Shown here: piece after piece, positions 9,317 to 17,567 of the stretch
Layout: every line of letters starts with the position of its first letter
How positions within the stretch are numbered: position 1 is the stretch's first letter
From: an uncultured Lachnospiraceae bacterium
GTDB lineage: Bacteria > Bacillota > Clostridia > Lachnospirales > Lachnospiraceae
Assembly (NCBI GenBank): GCA_902803215.1
Contig: CADCPK010000046.1
Location: 1 to 40,387 of the forward strand
Reading direction: 5' to 3'
Length of the DNA stretch: 40,387 nucleotides
Position numbers and translations under genes: made by a program
The notes under the pieces: model-generated
What the model was told of the DNA's origin: nothing
Seen by the model: only the letters and a program-made list of their open reading frames with translations
Databases searched by the model: none

Positions 9317-10255
9317 TTACATTCCCATCTGCTTTGCAACTTCTTCTGCAAAGTTTTCCTGTTTCTTCTCGATACCTTCGCCGGTCTCGTAACGTACAAA
9401 AGTCTTGACAGCGATCTTGGCGCCGTTCTCTTTTGCGACCTGCTCGATATACTTGGAAACGATCTGCTTGCCATCCTCAGCTTTTACATAAACCTGGTCG
9501 AGGAGGCAGATCTCTTTCAGCTCTTTGTTGATACGGCCGTTGATCATTCCGTCGATAACCTTCTGCGGTTTCTGGGATTCCTTCGGGTCGTTCATGATCT
9601 GAGCAAGAAGGATCTTCTTCTCGTTCTCGATGTAGTCTTCGCTGATCTCGCTTCTGTTGGTGTACAGCGGTTTAAGAGCTGCTACCTGCATAGCGATGTT
9701 CTTAGCCATCTCTTTGATGTTGTCGTTGATGACATCTGTCTCAACATCAACAAGAACGCCGATCTTTCCACCCATATGGATGTAAGAAGCGATGAAACCG
9801 TTCTCTTCGCAGAGTTTTTCGAATCTGCGGATGTTCATGTTCTCGCCGATCACTGCGATCTGTGCTGCAAGTGCTTCGTTGACAGTCTTGGTTGTGTCTG
9901 CTGCCCACGGCTCTGCAAGGAAAGCTTCGATATCAGCTGCTTCGGTAGCCAGTGCCTGTGCGGCAACCTCGCTGACATAGTTGCGGAATTTCTCGTTCTT
10001 TGCAACAAAGTCTGTCTCAGCATTAACTTCGACAACAACTGCTTTCTTCTCATCATCGGATACAAGAGTCTGGCAGATACCTTCTGCTGCGATACGGCTT
10101 GCTTTCTTCTGTGCGGTAGCGAGGCCTTTTTCACGAAGGAACTCTACTGCTTTGTCCATATCGCCATCGGTAGCGGTGAGGGCTTTTTTGCAGTCCATCA
10201 TGCCGGCGCCTGTCATTTCTCTGAGTTCTTTAACCTGTGCTGCTGTAATAGCCAT
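9317..10255 (-). CDS. tsf: Translation elongation factor Ts
   Basis: VKELREMTGAGMMDCKKAL, ETDFVAKN, NFAEEVA motifs; downstream of rpsB. Confidence 0.99.
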   Translation of the reverse strand: MAITAAQVKELREMTGAGMMDCKKALTATDGDMDKAVEFLREKGLATAQKKASRIAAEGICQTLVSDDEKKAVVVEVNAETDFVAKNEKFRNYVSEVAAQALATEAADIEAFLAEPWAADTTKTVNEALAAQIAVIGENMNIRRFEKLCEENGFIASYIHMGGKIGVLVDVETDVINDNIKEMAKNIAMQVAALKPLYTNRSEISEDYIENEKKILLAQIMNDPKESQKPQKVIDGMINGRINKELKEICLLDQVYVKAEDGKQIVSKYIEQVAKENGAKIAVKTFVRYETGEGIEKKQENFAEEVAKQMGM

Positions 10256-10277
10256 TTATATATCCTCCCGTACCAAA

Positions 10278-11027
10278 TTACTCTTCTGCTGCTGTCTCTG
10301 CGAATTCTTCGGATTCTGCTTCGATCTCGCCATCAACGTTTGCCATACCCTGATTTGCCTCGATAACAGCGTCTGCCATCTTGGAAACGATCAGTTTGAC
10401 TGCACGGATCGCATCGTCGTTGCCCGGGATCACATAGTCAAGCTCTTCCGGATCGCAGTTGGTATCGCAGATACCGATAAGCGGGATTCCGAGTGTATGA
10501 GCTTCCTGTACGCAGATTCTTTCTTTCTTCGGGTCTACGATGAAGATCGCATCCGGGATCTTCTTCATTTCTTTGATACCGCCGAGGTTCTTCTGCAGCT
10601 TGGCCATCTCTTTGCGAAGAGCGATGACTTCTTTCTTGGGAAGGACATCGAATGTGCCGTCCTGCTCCATGGTCTCGATCGCTTTAAGTCTTGCGATACG
10701 GCTCTGGATGGTCTTGAAGTTTGTGAGCATACCGCCCAGCCATCTCTCGTTTACATAGAACTGGCCGCAGCGCTCTGCTTCGGTACGGATGGCATCCTGT
10801 GCCTGCTTCTTGGTTCCGACAAAAAGGATAGTTCCGCCGTTGGCTACGATATCGGCGATTGCGTTGTATGCATCGTCTACCATGCCTACAGACTGCTGAA
10901 GGTCGATGATATAGATTCCGTTACGCTCTGTGTAGATGTACGGAGCCATCTTGGGGTTCCATCTTCTTGTCTGATGTCCGAAATGAACACCTGCTTCGAG
11001 AAGCTGCTTCATTGAAATAACGCTCAT
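10278..11027 (-). CDS. rpsB: 30S ribosomal protein S2
   Basis: [28 protein letters not shown]; start moved to ATG 11027 (AAGGAG RBS) from the ORF-track 11147. Confidence 0.99.
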   Translation of the reverse strand: MSVISMKQLLEAGVHFGHQTRRWNPKMAPYIYTERNGIYIIDLQQSVGMVDDAYNAIADIVANGGTILFVGTKKQAQDAIRTEAERCGQFYVNERWLGGMLTNFKTIQSRIARLKAIETMEQDGTFDVLPKKEVIALRKEMAKLQKNLGGIKEMKKIPDAIFIVDPKKERICVQEAHTLGIPLIGICDTNCDPEELDYVIPGNDDAIRAVKLIVSKMADAVIEANQGMANVDGEIEAESEEFAETAAEE

Positions 11028-11052
11028 GTCTTTGTCTCCTTTTTGGTTTTTT

Positions 11053-11120
11053 CTTCCGCGCAGATCGTTTTCCTTCGGGACCCTTAGGGCACCCTCCCTG
11101 AGAATCACTGCGCGTGTTTG
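11053..11120 (-). ncRNA. rpsB 5' leader (S2 autoregulatory, t44-type RNA)
   Basis: Lies between promoter and RBS; CACGCGCAG...GGGUGCC...CUGCGCGGAAG with the closing stem CGCGCAG/CUGCGCG, resembling t44/S2 leaders. Confidence 0.7.
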
Positions 11121-11135
11121 ATTAGCAACTTTGAC

Positions 11136-11164
11136 AGTATAGCACACCGGGATGCCGATGTAAA
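11136..11164 (-). promoter_or_regulatory. Sigma-A promoter of rpsB-tsf
   Basis: TTTACA-17 nt-TATACT with extended TG. Confidence 0.7.
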
Positions 11165-11166
11165 GT

Positions 11167-11886
11167 TCATTTACAAAAATTCACAAGGATTTCCTGAGGT
11201 ACTGCGCGCCACTCTCCTTTGTCCAGGTCATCCGGCAGGACAAGTGCGCCCATGCGCAGTCTTTTCAGGTATGTCACGCGGGCCCCGCAGGCTTCGACCA
11301 TCCGCTTCACCTGATGAAAGCGTCCTTCGTGAAGGATGATACGGACCTGCGTGTCCGAGAGCCTGATCAGTTCGGCCGGCAGCGTCTTCTTTTCGTCACC
11401 TATATCTATCCCTTCCCGAAAGCGCTCTTCGGCATCGTCGCAAAGCTGCCCTTCTATCTCCGCATAGTACTCTTTCTCCACATGCTTTGCGGGTGAAAGA
11501 AGCGCATGGGCGAGTGCGCCGTCGTCGGTCACGAGGAGAAGTCCTTCGGTGTCTTTGTCCAGCCTGCCGACCGGGAACAGTTTGGCTCTTCTCGCCGGGG
11601 TCAGTCCCGGAAGACCGGACGGAAGCAGATCCATCACGGTCTTTTCCCTCGTGTCCTCGGTTGCGGTGATCACCCCGGCAGGTTTGTGCAGCATATAGTA
11701 CACATGCCCGGGAGCCTTTTTTACCGGCTTCCCGTCCAGGCAGACCGGTTCGTCTCCGCTCACTTTCGTTTCGGGCTTTGTCACTTTCGCTCCGCCCACT
11801 GTCACACGGCCTTTTCGTATCACGTTTTTCACTTCGCTTCGCGTTCCCACCCCTGCATCCGCAAGGTATTTATCCAGCCTTTCCAT
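11167..11886 (-). CDS. RsuA-family rRNA pseudouridine synthase
   Basis: N-terminal S4 domain (RLDKYL), catalytic [21 protein letters not shown]; GGAGG RBS. Confidence 0.93.
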   Translation of the reverse strand: MERLDKYLADAGVGTRSEVKNVIRKGRVTVGGAKVTKPETKVSGDEPVCLDGKPVKKAPGHVYYMLHKPAGVITATEDTREKTVMDLLPSGLPGLTPARRAKLFPVGRLDKDTEGLLLVTDDGALAHALLSPAKHVEKEYYAEIEGQLCDDAEERFREGIDIGDEKKTLPAELIRLSDTQVRIILHEGRFHQVKRMVEACGARVTYLKRLRMGALVLPDDLDKGEWRAVPQEILVNFCK

Positions 11887-11905
11887 CGTACCTCCAAATA
11901 TAACA

Positions 11906-11931
11906 CGGCCGCCCGGTTTTCCGGACGGCCG
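11906..11931 (-). terminator. GC-rich intergenic hairpin (weak terminator or mRNA stabiliser)
   Basis: CGGCCGUCCGG-AAAA-CCGGGCGGCCG with a G-U pair only in the minus-strand RNA, followed by UGUUAUAUUU. Confidence 0.5.
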
Positions 11932-11942
11932 CCAAATACAAA

Positions 11943-13427
11943 TTATACTGCTCGGTATCCGCGTTTTTTCCCGACTCTCTTAAGCCGAAACGGTACCACG
12001 ATAAGAAACACAAATAATACAATGGCAGTCAGTCCGAGAAAAAGCGCCGCTCCGGAATCTTCGAGAGCGCTGATCTCCTGCAGCACCAGCGAAAAAACGT
12101 TGGCTGAGACATGCAAGATGACGCTGCTCCATATATTTCCGGTCATCTCCAGGGCAAGGGCAAAGAATATCCCCAGCACACCGGCATAGATCGCCTGCAT
12201 CATATTGCCGTGATATATGCCGAAGAAAGCCGATGAGATCAGAGCCGCGGCCCAGATCGGGAATGTATCGCGCAGCCGCAGATAGATCAGCCATCTGAAG
12301 ACCATCTCCTCGGCGATCGGAGCCAAAATGCCCATACAGATCAACAGCACCCACAGCGTTTTTCCGCTTTCCACCTGCTCGATCACTTCAGAGTAGTCGT
12401 CTATGGGAACCAGCTGAGCCAGTAAACCGAGAAGCACATTTCCATAGAGCGACAGTGCCGCCCCAAGTCCGGCCAGCAGAAGGCCGTCGGGGATACCGAT
12501 CTTACTGCCCGGGGGACATGGGATCAGTCTGCCGTCCTTTCTTCTGTCCCGGTCTTTAAGGTATAAGAACACACAGGGCAGTATAGTGAGCATGGCGGTA
12601 ATTCCTGTCAGCTCAATAGTGTACTTATAGGTCAGGTCATTGCCCATTTCAGGACCGAAAGCTGCTGCTGCGAGCATGCCGAACACGCCCGAAACCGCGA
12701 TGCTGATCCCCAGATGTATCCCTGCGGGATACAGAATTCGCCAGATCTTTTTCAGCACACTTTCCCTGCGGAGCGGTGTACTGTCCAAAAACTGTATCAA
12801 ATCTGCAGGCGTACCGACGATCTTCAGCGGATCTGCGCGCTCAAGTTCTCCCTCCGCGGCATAACCCCAGGCTGCGCCGATACACTCTACGCCCGCTGCT
12901 CTTGCACCGAACACATCGTGTTCTTTGTCGCCTACCATGAGCGCCTCTTCCGGATGTTCTTCCAGACCGAGCCTTTTCAGGGCCTCCCGGACCACTTCTT
13001 CTTTGGTTCCCAGGCTTCCGTCAAGCCCCGATCCGACGACCACTTCGAAATACTTTGCAATATCGAAATGCTCCAGGATACGGAGCACGAACGGTTCAGG
13101 CTTGGATGAAGCCACAGCCAGTGTATATCCGTCAAGACGAAGATCCGTCAGCATCTGAACGATGCCGGGATACAGCTCGTTCTCATACATGCCGATCGGT
13201 ACATATCTTTGCCGGTAAAACGTAAGTGCAGCATCGGCAGTCTCTTCATCGATCCCGGCGTATTTCATGAACTGCTCTTTCAGAGGCGGGCCCACAAAGA
13301 CGCGGAGCTTATCGAAATCTTCCTCGGGATGTCCGATCCTGAGGAGCGCATACTGCACAGACCGCATGATCCCCGGACCGGACTCCGTAAGTGTTCCGTC
13401 CAGGTCAAATAGAATGGCTTTATACAT
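11943..13427 (-). CDS. Fusion of a HAD-family phosphatase and a CPBP (CAAX/Abi) intramembrane glutamic protease
   Basis: N-terminal FDLDGTL, ASSK, MVGDKEHD; C-terminal multi-TM region with EEMVFR, FGIYH, LHVSAN; single uninterrupted frame; ATG 13427 preferred (GTG 13436 possible). Confidence 0.85.
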   Translation of the reverse strand: MYKAILFDLDGTLTESGPGIMRSVQYALLRIGHPEEDFDKLRVFVGPPLKEQFMKYAGIDEETADAALTFYRQRYVPIGMYENELYPGIVQMLTDLRLDGYTLAVASSKPEPFVLRILEHFDIAKYFEVVVGSGLDGSLGTKEEVVREALKRLGLEEHPEEALMVGDKEHDVFGARAAGVECIGAAWGYAAEGELERADPLKIVGTPADLIQFLDSTPLRRESVLKKIWRILYPAGIHLGISIAVSGVFGMLAAAAFGPEMGNDLTYKYTIELTGITAMLTILPCVFLYLKDRDRRKDGRLIPCPPGSKIGIPDGLLLAGLGAALSLYGNVLLGLLAQLVPIDDYSEVIEQVESGKTLWVLLICMGILAPIAEEMVFRWLIYLRLRDTFPIWAAALISSAFFGIYHGNMMQAIYAGVLGIFFALALEMTGNIWSSVILHVSANVFSLVLQEISALEDSGAALFLGLTAIVLFVFLIVVPFRLKRVGKKRGYRAV

Positions 13428-13432
13428 AAAAC

Positions 13433-15199
13433 TCACATCCTGTCAGGTGCAGAAAAGCCCAGAAGGTCGATGCTTGTCTCCAATACTTTTTTCGTCAGTG
13501 CAAGAAGCGCGATCAGCGATCCTTTCACTTCGGGATCCTCCTGAGAGAGGATCTTTGTCTCGTGATAAAAGCTGTTAAATGCGTTCGATACCTCATAGAT
13601 ATAGGCGCATATCTTATGCGGTGCCTTTTCATCAAAAGCATTCTCGACGGTCTGCCCGAACGCAGACAGCTTAAGCATCAGATTTTTCTGGCTCTCGTTG
13701 ATCGCCGGGAGAATGACAAGGCCGTCTTCACTGCCGCCCTCTTCCGCAAAGCGGGAAAGGATAGATTTAATACGGACGATCGTGTAGAGGATATACGGGC
13801 CGGTATTTCCCTCAAAAGAGGTAAAGCGATCCACGTCAAAAATATAGTCCTTCGTTGCCTGATTGGAAAGATCTCCGTACTTGATCGCCGAAAGGCCCAC
13901 GACCTTCGCGGTATTCTCGGCATCCGTGTCCTTTACGCTGCGGTTTTCGACGATCTTTTTGAACATTTCCTGTTCGATGTCGCCGATCAGGTTTTCGAGC
14001 CTCATCACGCCGCCGTCCCTGGTCTTGAACGGCTTTCCGTCCTTGCCGTTCATCGTGCCGAAGCCGAGGAAGCTGAGGCGTGTCGTATCCTTGACCAGGC
14101 CCGTCTTTCTCGCGCAGCGGAACACCTGCTCAAAGTGAAGATCCTGCCGTTTGTCGACCACGTAAAGCATCTCGTCGGGGTCGTAAAGCTTCATGCGCTC
14201 TACGATCGTGGCCAGATCGGTTGTGGTGTATAGCGAAGCACCGTCCGATTTGAGCAGCATGCAGGGAGGGACCTCCTTCGTATCGCTCTCTTCACTCACA
14301 TCGACGACCAGTGCTCCCTGATCTTCATAAGCGTATCCTTCGTCCTTCATCCGCTGTACCATTGCGGGGATGTAAGGCTGCGCGTCGGATTCCGCTTTCC
14401 ACAGGTCAAACTCTACGTTCAGACGTGCATAGTTCTTTTTCAGATCGGCAACGGAAACCTTCATGATATGGTTCCAGAGTGCCATGTATCCGGGTTTGCC
14501 GTTCTGGAGCTGTTCGGTGGCTTCGAGCGCTTCATTCCTGTAATCATCGTCCACTTTTGAACGGGCGCTTGCGGCAGGATAGATCTCCTCCAGCTCTCCG
14601 ATGGTGAACGGTGCTTCTTCGGGATATTCACCGGTGAAATCATCATCAAAGTAAGGAAGCTCCGGCTTTCTTACGCGCAGCTCGGTGATGATCAGTCCCA
14701 TTTGCAGGCCCCAGTCGCCAAGGTGCACATCGCCGATCACATTGTGTCCCATAAAGCGGCCAATACGTTTGATACTCTCGCCGATGATGGCCGAGCGCAG
14801 ATGTCCCACGTGCAGCGGCTTGGCCACATTCGGTCCGCCGTAATCGATGATGATCGTCTCGGGCTTCTCCGCGCGGGTCACCGAAAGATACGGATCGGAT
14901 TCCATCTCTCTCATGTATTCGGCCAGAAAATCTTTATTGGTGTCAAGGTTGATAAAGCCCGGCTTTACCACTTCTATCTTGTCAAAAACGCGTGAACCTG
15001 CAAGGTTCGCCGCAACATCGTCTGCGATCATGAACGGAGCTTTTTTGTATTTTTTGGCTCCGGCCATCGCGCCGTTGCACTGATATTCGCAAAGGTCGGG
15101 GCGGTTTGAAACGACCACCTTGCCCAGCGCGGGATCGTATCCTGCCTTCTCAAACGCCTTTGCCAGCTCTTCCCCCATGTATTCGTTCAGTTTCTTCAT
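13433..15199 (-). CDS. argS: Arginine--tRNA ligase
   Basis: PNVAKPLHVGHLRS, GDWGLQMG, FKTRDG, EGNTGPY; start moved to ATG 15199 (AGAGGAG RBS). Confidence 0.97.
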   Translation of the reverse strand: MKKLNEYMGEELAKAFEKAGYDPALGKVVVSNRPDLCEYQCNGAMAGAKKYKKAPFMIADDVAANLAGSRVFDKIEVVKPGFINLDTNKDFLAEYMREMESDPYLSVTRAEKPETIIIDYGGPNVAKPLHVGHLRSAIIGESIKRIGRFMGHNVIGDVHLGDWGLQMGLIITELRVRKPELPYFDDDFTGEYPEEAPFTIGELEEIYPAASARSKVDDDYRNEALEATEQLQNGKPGYMALWNHIMKVSVADLKKNYARLNVEFDLWKAESDAQPYIPAMVQRMKDEGYAYEDQGALVVDVSEESDTKEVPPCMLLKSDGASLYTTTDLATIVERMKLYDPDEMLYVVDKRQDLHFEQVFRCARKTGLVKDTTRLSFLGFGTMNGKDGKPFKTRDGGVMRLENLIGDIEQEMFKKIVENRSVKDTDAENTAKVVGLSAIKYGDLSNQATKDYIFDVDRFTSFEGNTGPYILYTIVRIKSILSRFAEEGGSEDGLVILPAINESQKNLMLKLSAFGQTVENAFDEKAPHKICAYIYEVSNAFNSFYHETKILSQEDPEVKGSLIALLALTKKVLETSIDLLGFSAPDRM

Positions 15200-15240
15200 T
15201 AGATATCTGTTCGCTCCTCTCCGTCCGGTCCGGTAATTTT

Positions 15241-16113
15241 TCAGCCGTGCCAGACTTTTGTCGCCGTAAGTGCAAGTGCTCCGTAGCCGATATGGCAGGA
15301 AACGCTCAGGGAGAGCGGATCCATGCGGCACTCTGTAAACTCGGGAAACTCCTTCATTACTTCAGTCACAAACTCATCCGCCTCTTCTTTGTTTCCGGTA
15401 TATGCGCCCTGCAGTATGATATGTCCCTCCTGTAAAGGCTGTCTGAATCTGGTGTCCAGATCTTTGCGTACGGCCTTCATCATCACTTTCATGGCCTGCT
15501 TTTTGCCCCGCACTTTAGAATAGGCATCCAGCTTCTCGCCCTGGATCTGAAGGACCGGTTTCAGGTTCAGCACCGTGCCGATCGCAGCGGCCGCGGGCGT
15601 GATCCTTCCGCCCCTCTTCAGGTACTTGAGTGTCTCCAGGGTAATATAGATACTGGCTTCCATCTTGTCCTTTAAAAGGGCCTTGCGGATCTCGATCGCG
15701 TTCTTTCCGGCTTCTGCCATGGCCATAGCGTCCAGTACAGACTGCCGCTGAGTCACCGAGATCCTCTGGTTATCTACGACCTGCACTTTATCGTCATAAT
15801 CCTGCGCAAGCATAAGCGCAGTGGCACAGGAAGAACTGAGTCCGCTTGACATCGGTATATACACGATCTCATCGTGTGTCTTTAAAAGCTCGTCCCACAG
15901 GCTGCAAAGATCGCCCGGGCTTGGCTGAGATGTCGAGATTTTCGCGTCCTTTTTAAGCAGTTCATAAAACTGCTCCTGCGTCAGACTGATATCTTCCAGG
16001 TACAGTTCACCGTCGATAAAAAAGGGCATGGGAACCACGCTGACGCCGAGTTTTTTCGCCTCGGTCTGTGTGATACCGCTGTTGCTGTCTGTTACAATGG
16101 CAATTTTGCTCAT
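15241..16113 (-). CDS. DegV/FakB-family fatty acid-binding protein
   Basis: IAIVTDS, STSQPSPG, SSGLSSS, LKRGGRI, HIGYGA; start moved to ATG 16113 (GGGAG RBS). Confidence 0.93.
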   Translation of the reverse strand: MSKIAIVTDSNSGITQTEAKKLGVSVVPMPFFIDGELYLEDISLTQEQFYELLKKDAKISTSQPSPGDLCSLWDELLKTHDEIVYIPMSSGLSSSCATALMLAQDYDDKVQVVDNQRISVTQRQSVLDAMAMAEAGKNAIEIRKALLKDKMEASIYITLETLKYLKRGGRITPAAAAIGTVLNLKPVLQIQGEKLDAYSKVRGKKQAMKVMMKAVRKDLDTRFRQPLQEGHIILQGAYTGNKEEADEFVTEVMKEFPEFTECRMDPLSLSVSCHIGYGALALTATKVWHG

Positions 16114-16178
16114 GTTATATCTCCCAAAAAACTTTCTTTTTCTTATATAAAACCTGTATTTCCTTCCGGTTCTGATAC

Positions 16179-16207
16179 ATAGTAACACAATTCGTTATGT
16201 TTCACAA
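16179..16207 (-). promoter_or_regulatory. Candidate sigma-A promoter for degV-argS
   Basis: TTGTGA-17 nt-TACTAT with extended TG. Confidence 0.5.
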
Positions 16208-16215
16208 GAAAAAGT

Positions 16216-16245
16216 AAAAAGCGCCCCGGCATCAAAGGCCGGGGC
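16216..16245 (-). terminator. Intrinsic terminator of the ABC operon
   Basis: GCCCCGGC/GCCGGGGC stem followed by GCUUUUUACUUUUU on the minus strand. Confidence 0.7.
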
Positions 16246-16299
16246 CGAATGCCGTTCCCGGGAGCAGATATGATCCGCTTTGCCGGGAATGTCAGCATT

Positions 16300-17553
16300 T
16301 TATTCGCTTCTGAGTGCATCGATCGGGTTAAGATTTGCCGCCTTTACGGAAGGCAGGAAGCCAAACACAAGTCCGATCAGCATCGAAAAGAATACCGAAA
16401 AGATGATTGCCGGCACGCTGATCGCCGATGGCGTTCCCGTGACCCGCGATACCACGGAGGAGAGACCGATTCCCGTGACAACTCCGATGATCCCTCCGAT
16501 GCTGGTAAGAACGGAGGCTTCCGTGAGGAACTGTCCCAGGATCGTGCTTTTTCTCGCACCGATCGCTTTTTTCAGCCCGATCTCGCCGGTTCTCTCGGTG
16601 ACCGACACCAGCATGATGTTCATTACGCCTATTCCGCCTACCAGAAGGGAGATGGATGCGATCCAGATCAGCTGCTGGCTGGTGCTCTCGCTCAGCCTCT
16701 GCATGCTTCGCACCTGCTCCATGATGTCGTCCGCTTTGTAGGAAAAGCCGGTACTGTTCTTTCTGTTGTCAATGTTGGAATTGAGAATATCGGCGGCTGA
16801 TTTGCCCGCGGTACTCATATTGTCAGTCGAATCCGCTTTGATCACGGCATTCTGCGGTTCGTCAAACTTGAAGGGGATCGGCCAGCTCTTAAACGGCAGC
16901 ATCACCGTTCCGACAGCCGTCTCACTGTAAGTGTCATAATCCGAAAGGTTCTCCATCTTAGGAAGATATTCGTCTTTTCTGCCAACCACGCCTACCACCG
17001 TAAACGGCTCCTGCCGGATCTCCAGAACCTTGCCTATCGGGTCTTCGCCCAGAAACAGGTTCTCGACAACGTTCGTATCGATCAGGATCACTTTGGCGAA
17101 ATGAGTAAAATCCCGCTCCACAAACCCTCGTCCCAGCACGACCTGATAGCCGCAGGTGTCCAGATAGTTCTCGTCTATTCCAAGGACCGATCCGCCCGAA
17201 AAAGCGGTATCTCCGTAGTAGATATCCGTGTAGGTACGGCTGTAGAAGAACGTCGCATTTTCGATATGTTTTTGCTTAAGCACCTGGGCTTTCTGCTCCT
17301 GCAGGATAACCGGCGGAGCCTTGTCGCTTCCGGAATCTCCGTAATATTCATAATCGCCTTCATAAAGAGTGATCGTAACGGTATTATTGCCCGCACCGAT
17401 CAGGTCCTCTTTGATCTGCTCGCTGGTCCCTTTGATCGTCGAAACGATCGAGATGATCGACGCAATGCCGATGATTATTCCCAGCATGGTCAGGAAAGAC
17501 CGCATTTTATGCGACCATATTCCCTGAAAAGCCAGGCGTATGTTTTCCAGCAT
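16300..17553 (-). CDS. MacB/YknZ-like ABC transporter permease (FtsX domain)
   Basis: RSFLTMLGIIIGI, large extracellular domain, GGIGVMNIMLVSVTERTGEIGLKKAIGA, NPIDALR. Confidence 0.95.
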   Translation of the reverse strand: MLENIRLAFQGIWSHKMRSFLTMLGIIIGIASIISIVSTIKGTSEQIKEDLIGAGNNTVTITLYEGDYEYYGDSGSDKAPPVILQEQKAQVLKQKHIENATFFYSRTYTDIYYGDTAFSGGSVLGIDENYLDTCGYQVVLGRGFVERDFTHFAKVILIDTNVVENLFLGEDPIGKVLEIRQEPFTVVGVVGRKDEYLPKMENLSDYDTYSETAVGTVMLPFKSWPIPFKFDEPQNAVIKADSTDNMSTAGKSAADILNSNIDNRKNSTGFSYKADDIMEQVRSMQRLSESTSQQLIWIASISLLVGGIGVMNIMLVSVTERTGEIGLKKAIGARKSTILGQFLTEASVLTSIGGIIGVVTGIGLSSVVSRVTGTPSAISVPAIIFSVFFSMLIGLVFGFLPSVKAANLNPIDALRSE

Positions 17554-17567
17554 AAAGCCGATCCCTC

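Noticed and set aside
11028-11147. N-terminal extensions in the ORF track for RpsB (also ArgS, DegV, SecDF)
   Set aside because: Downstream ATGs have Shine-Dalgarno sequences and match family N-termini; the extensions overlap promoters, leaders or neighbouring genes
15200-15240. T-box leader expected before argS (likewise hisS/aspS)
   Set aside because: Intergenic gaps are 41 nt or less, or overlapping; no room and no T-box motif seen
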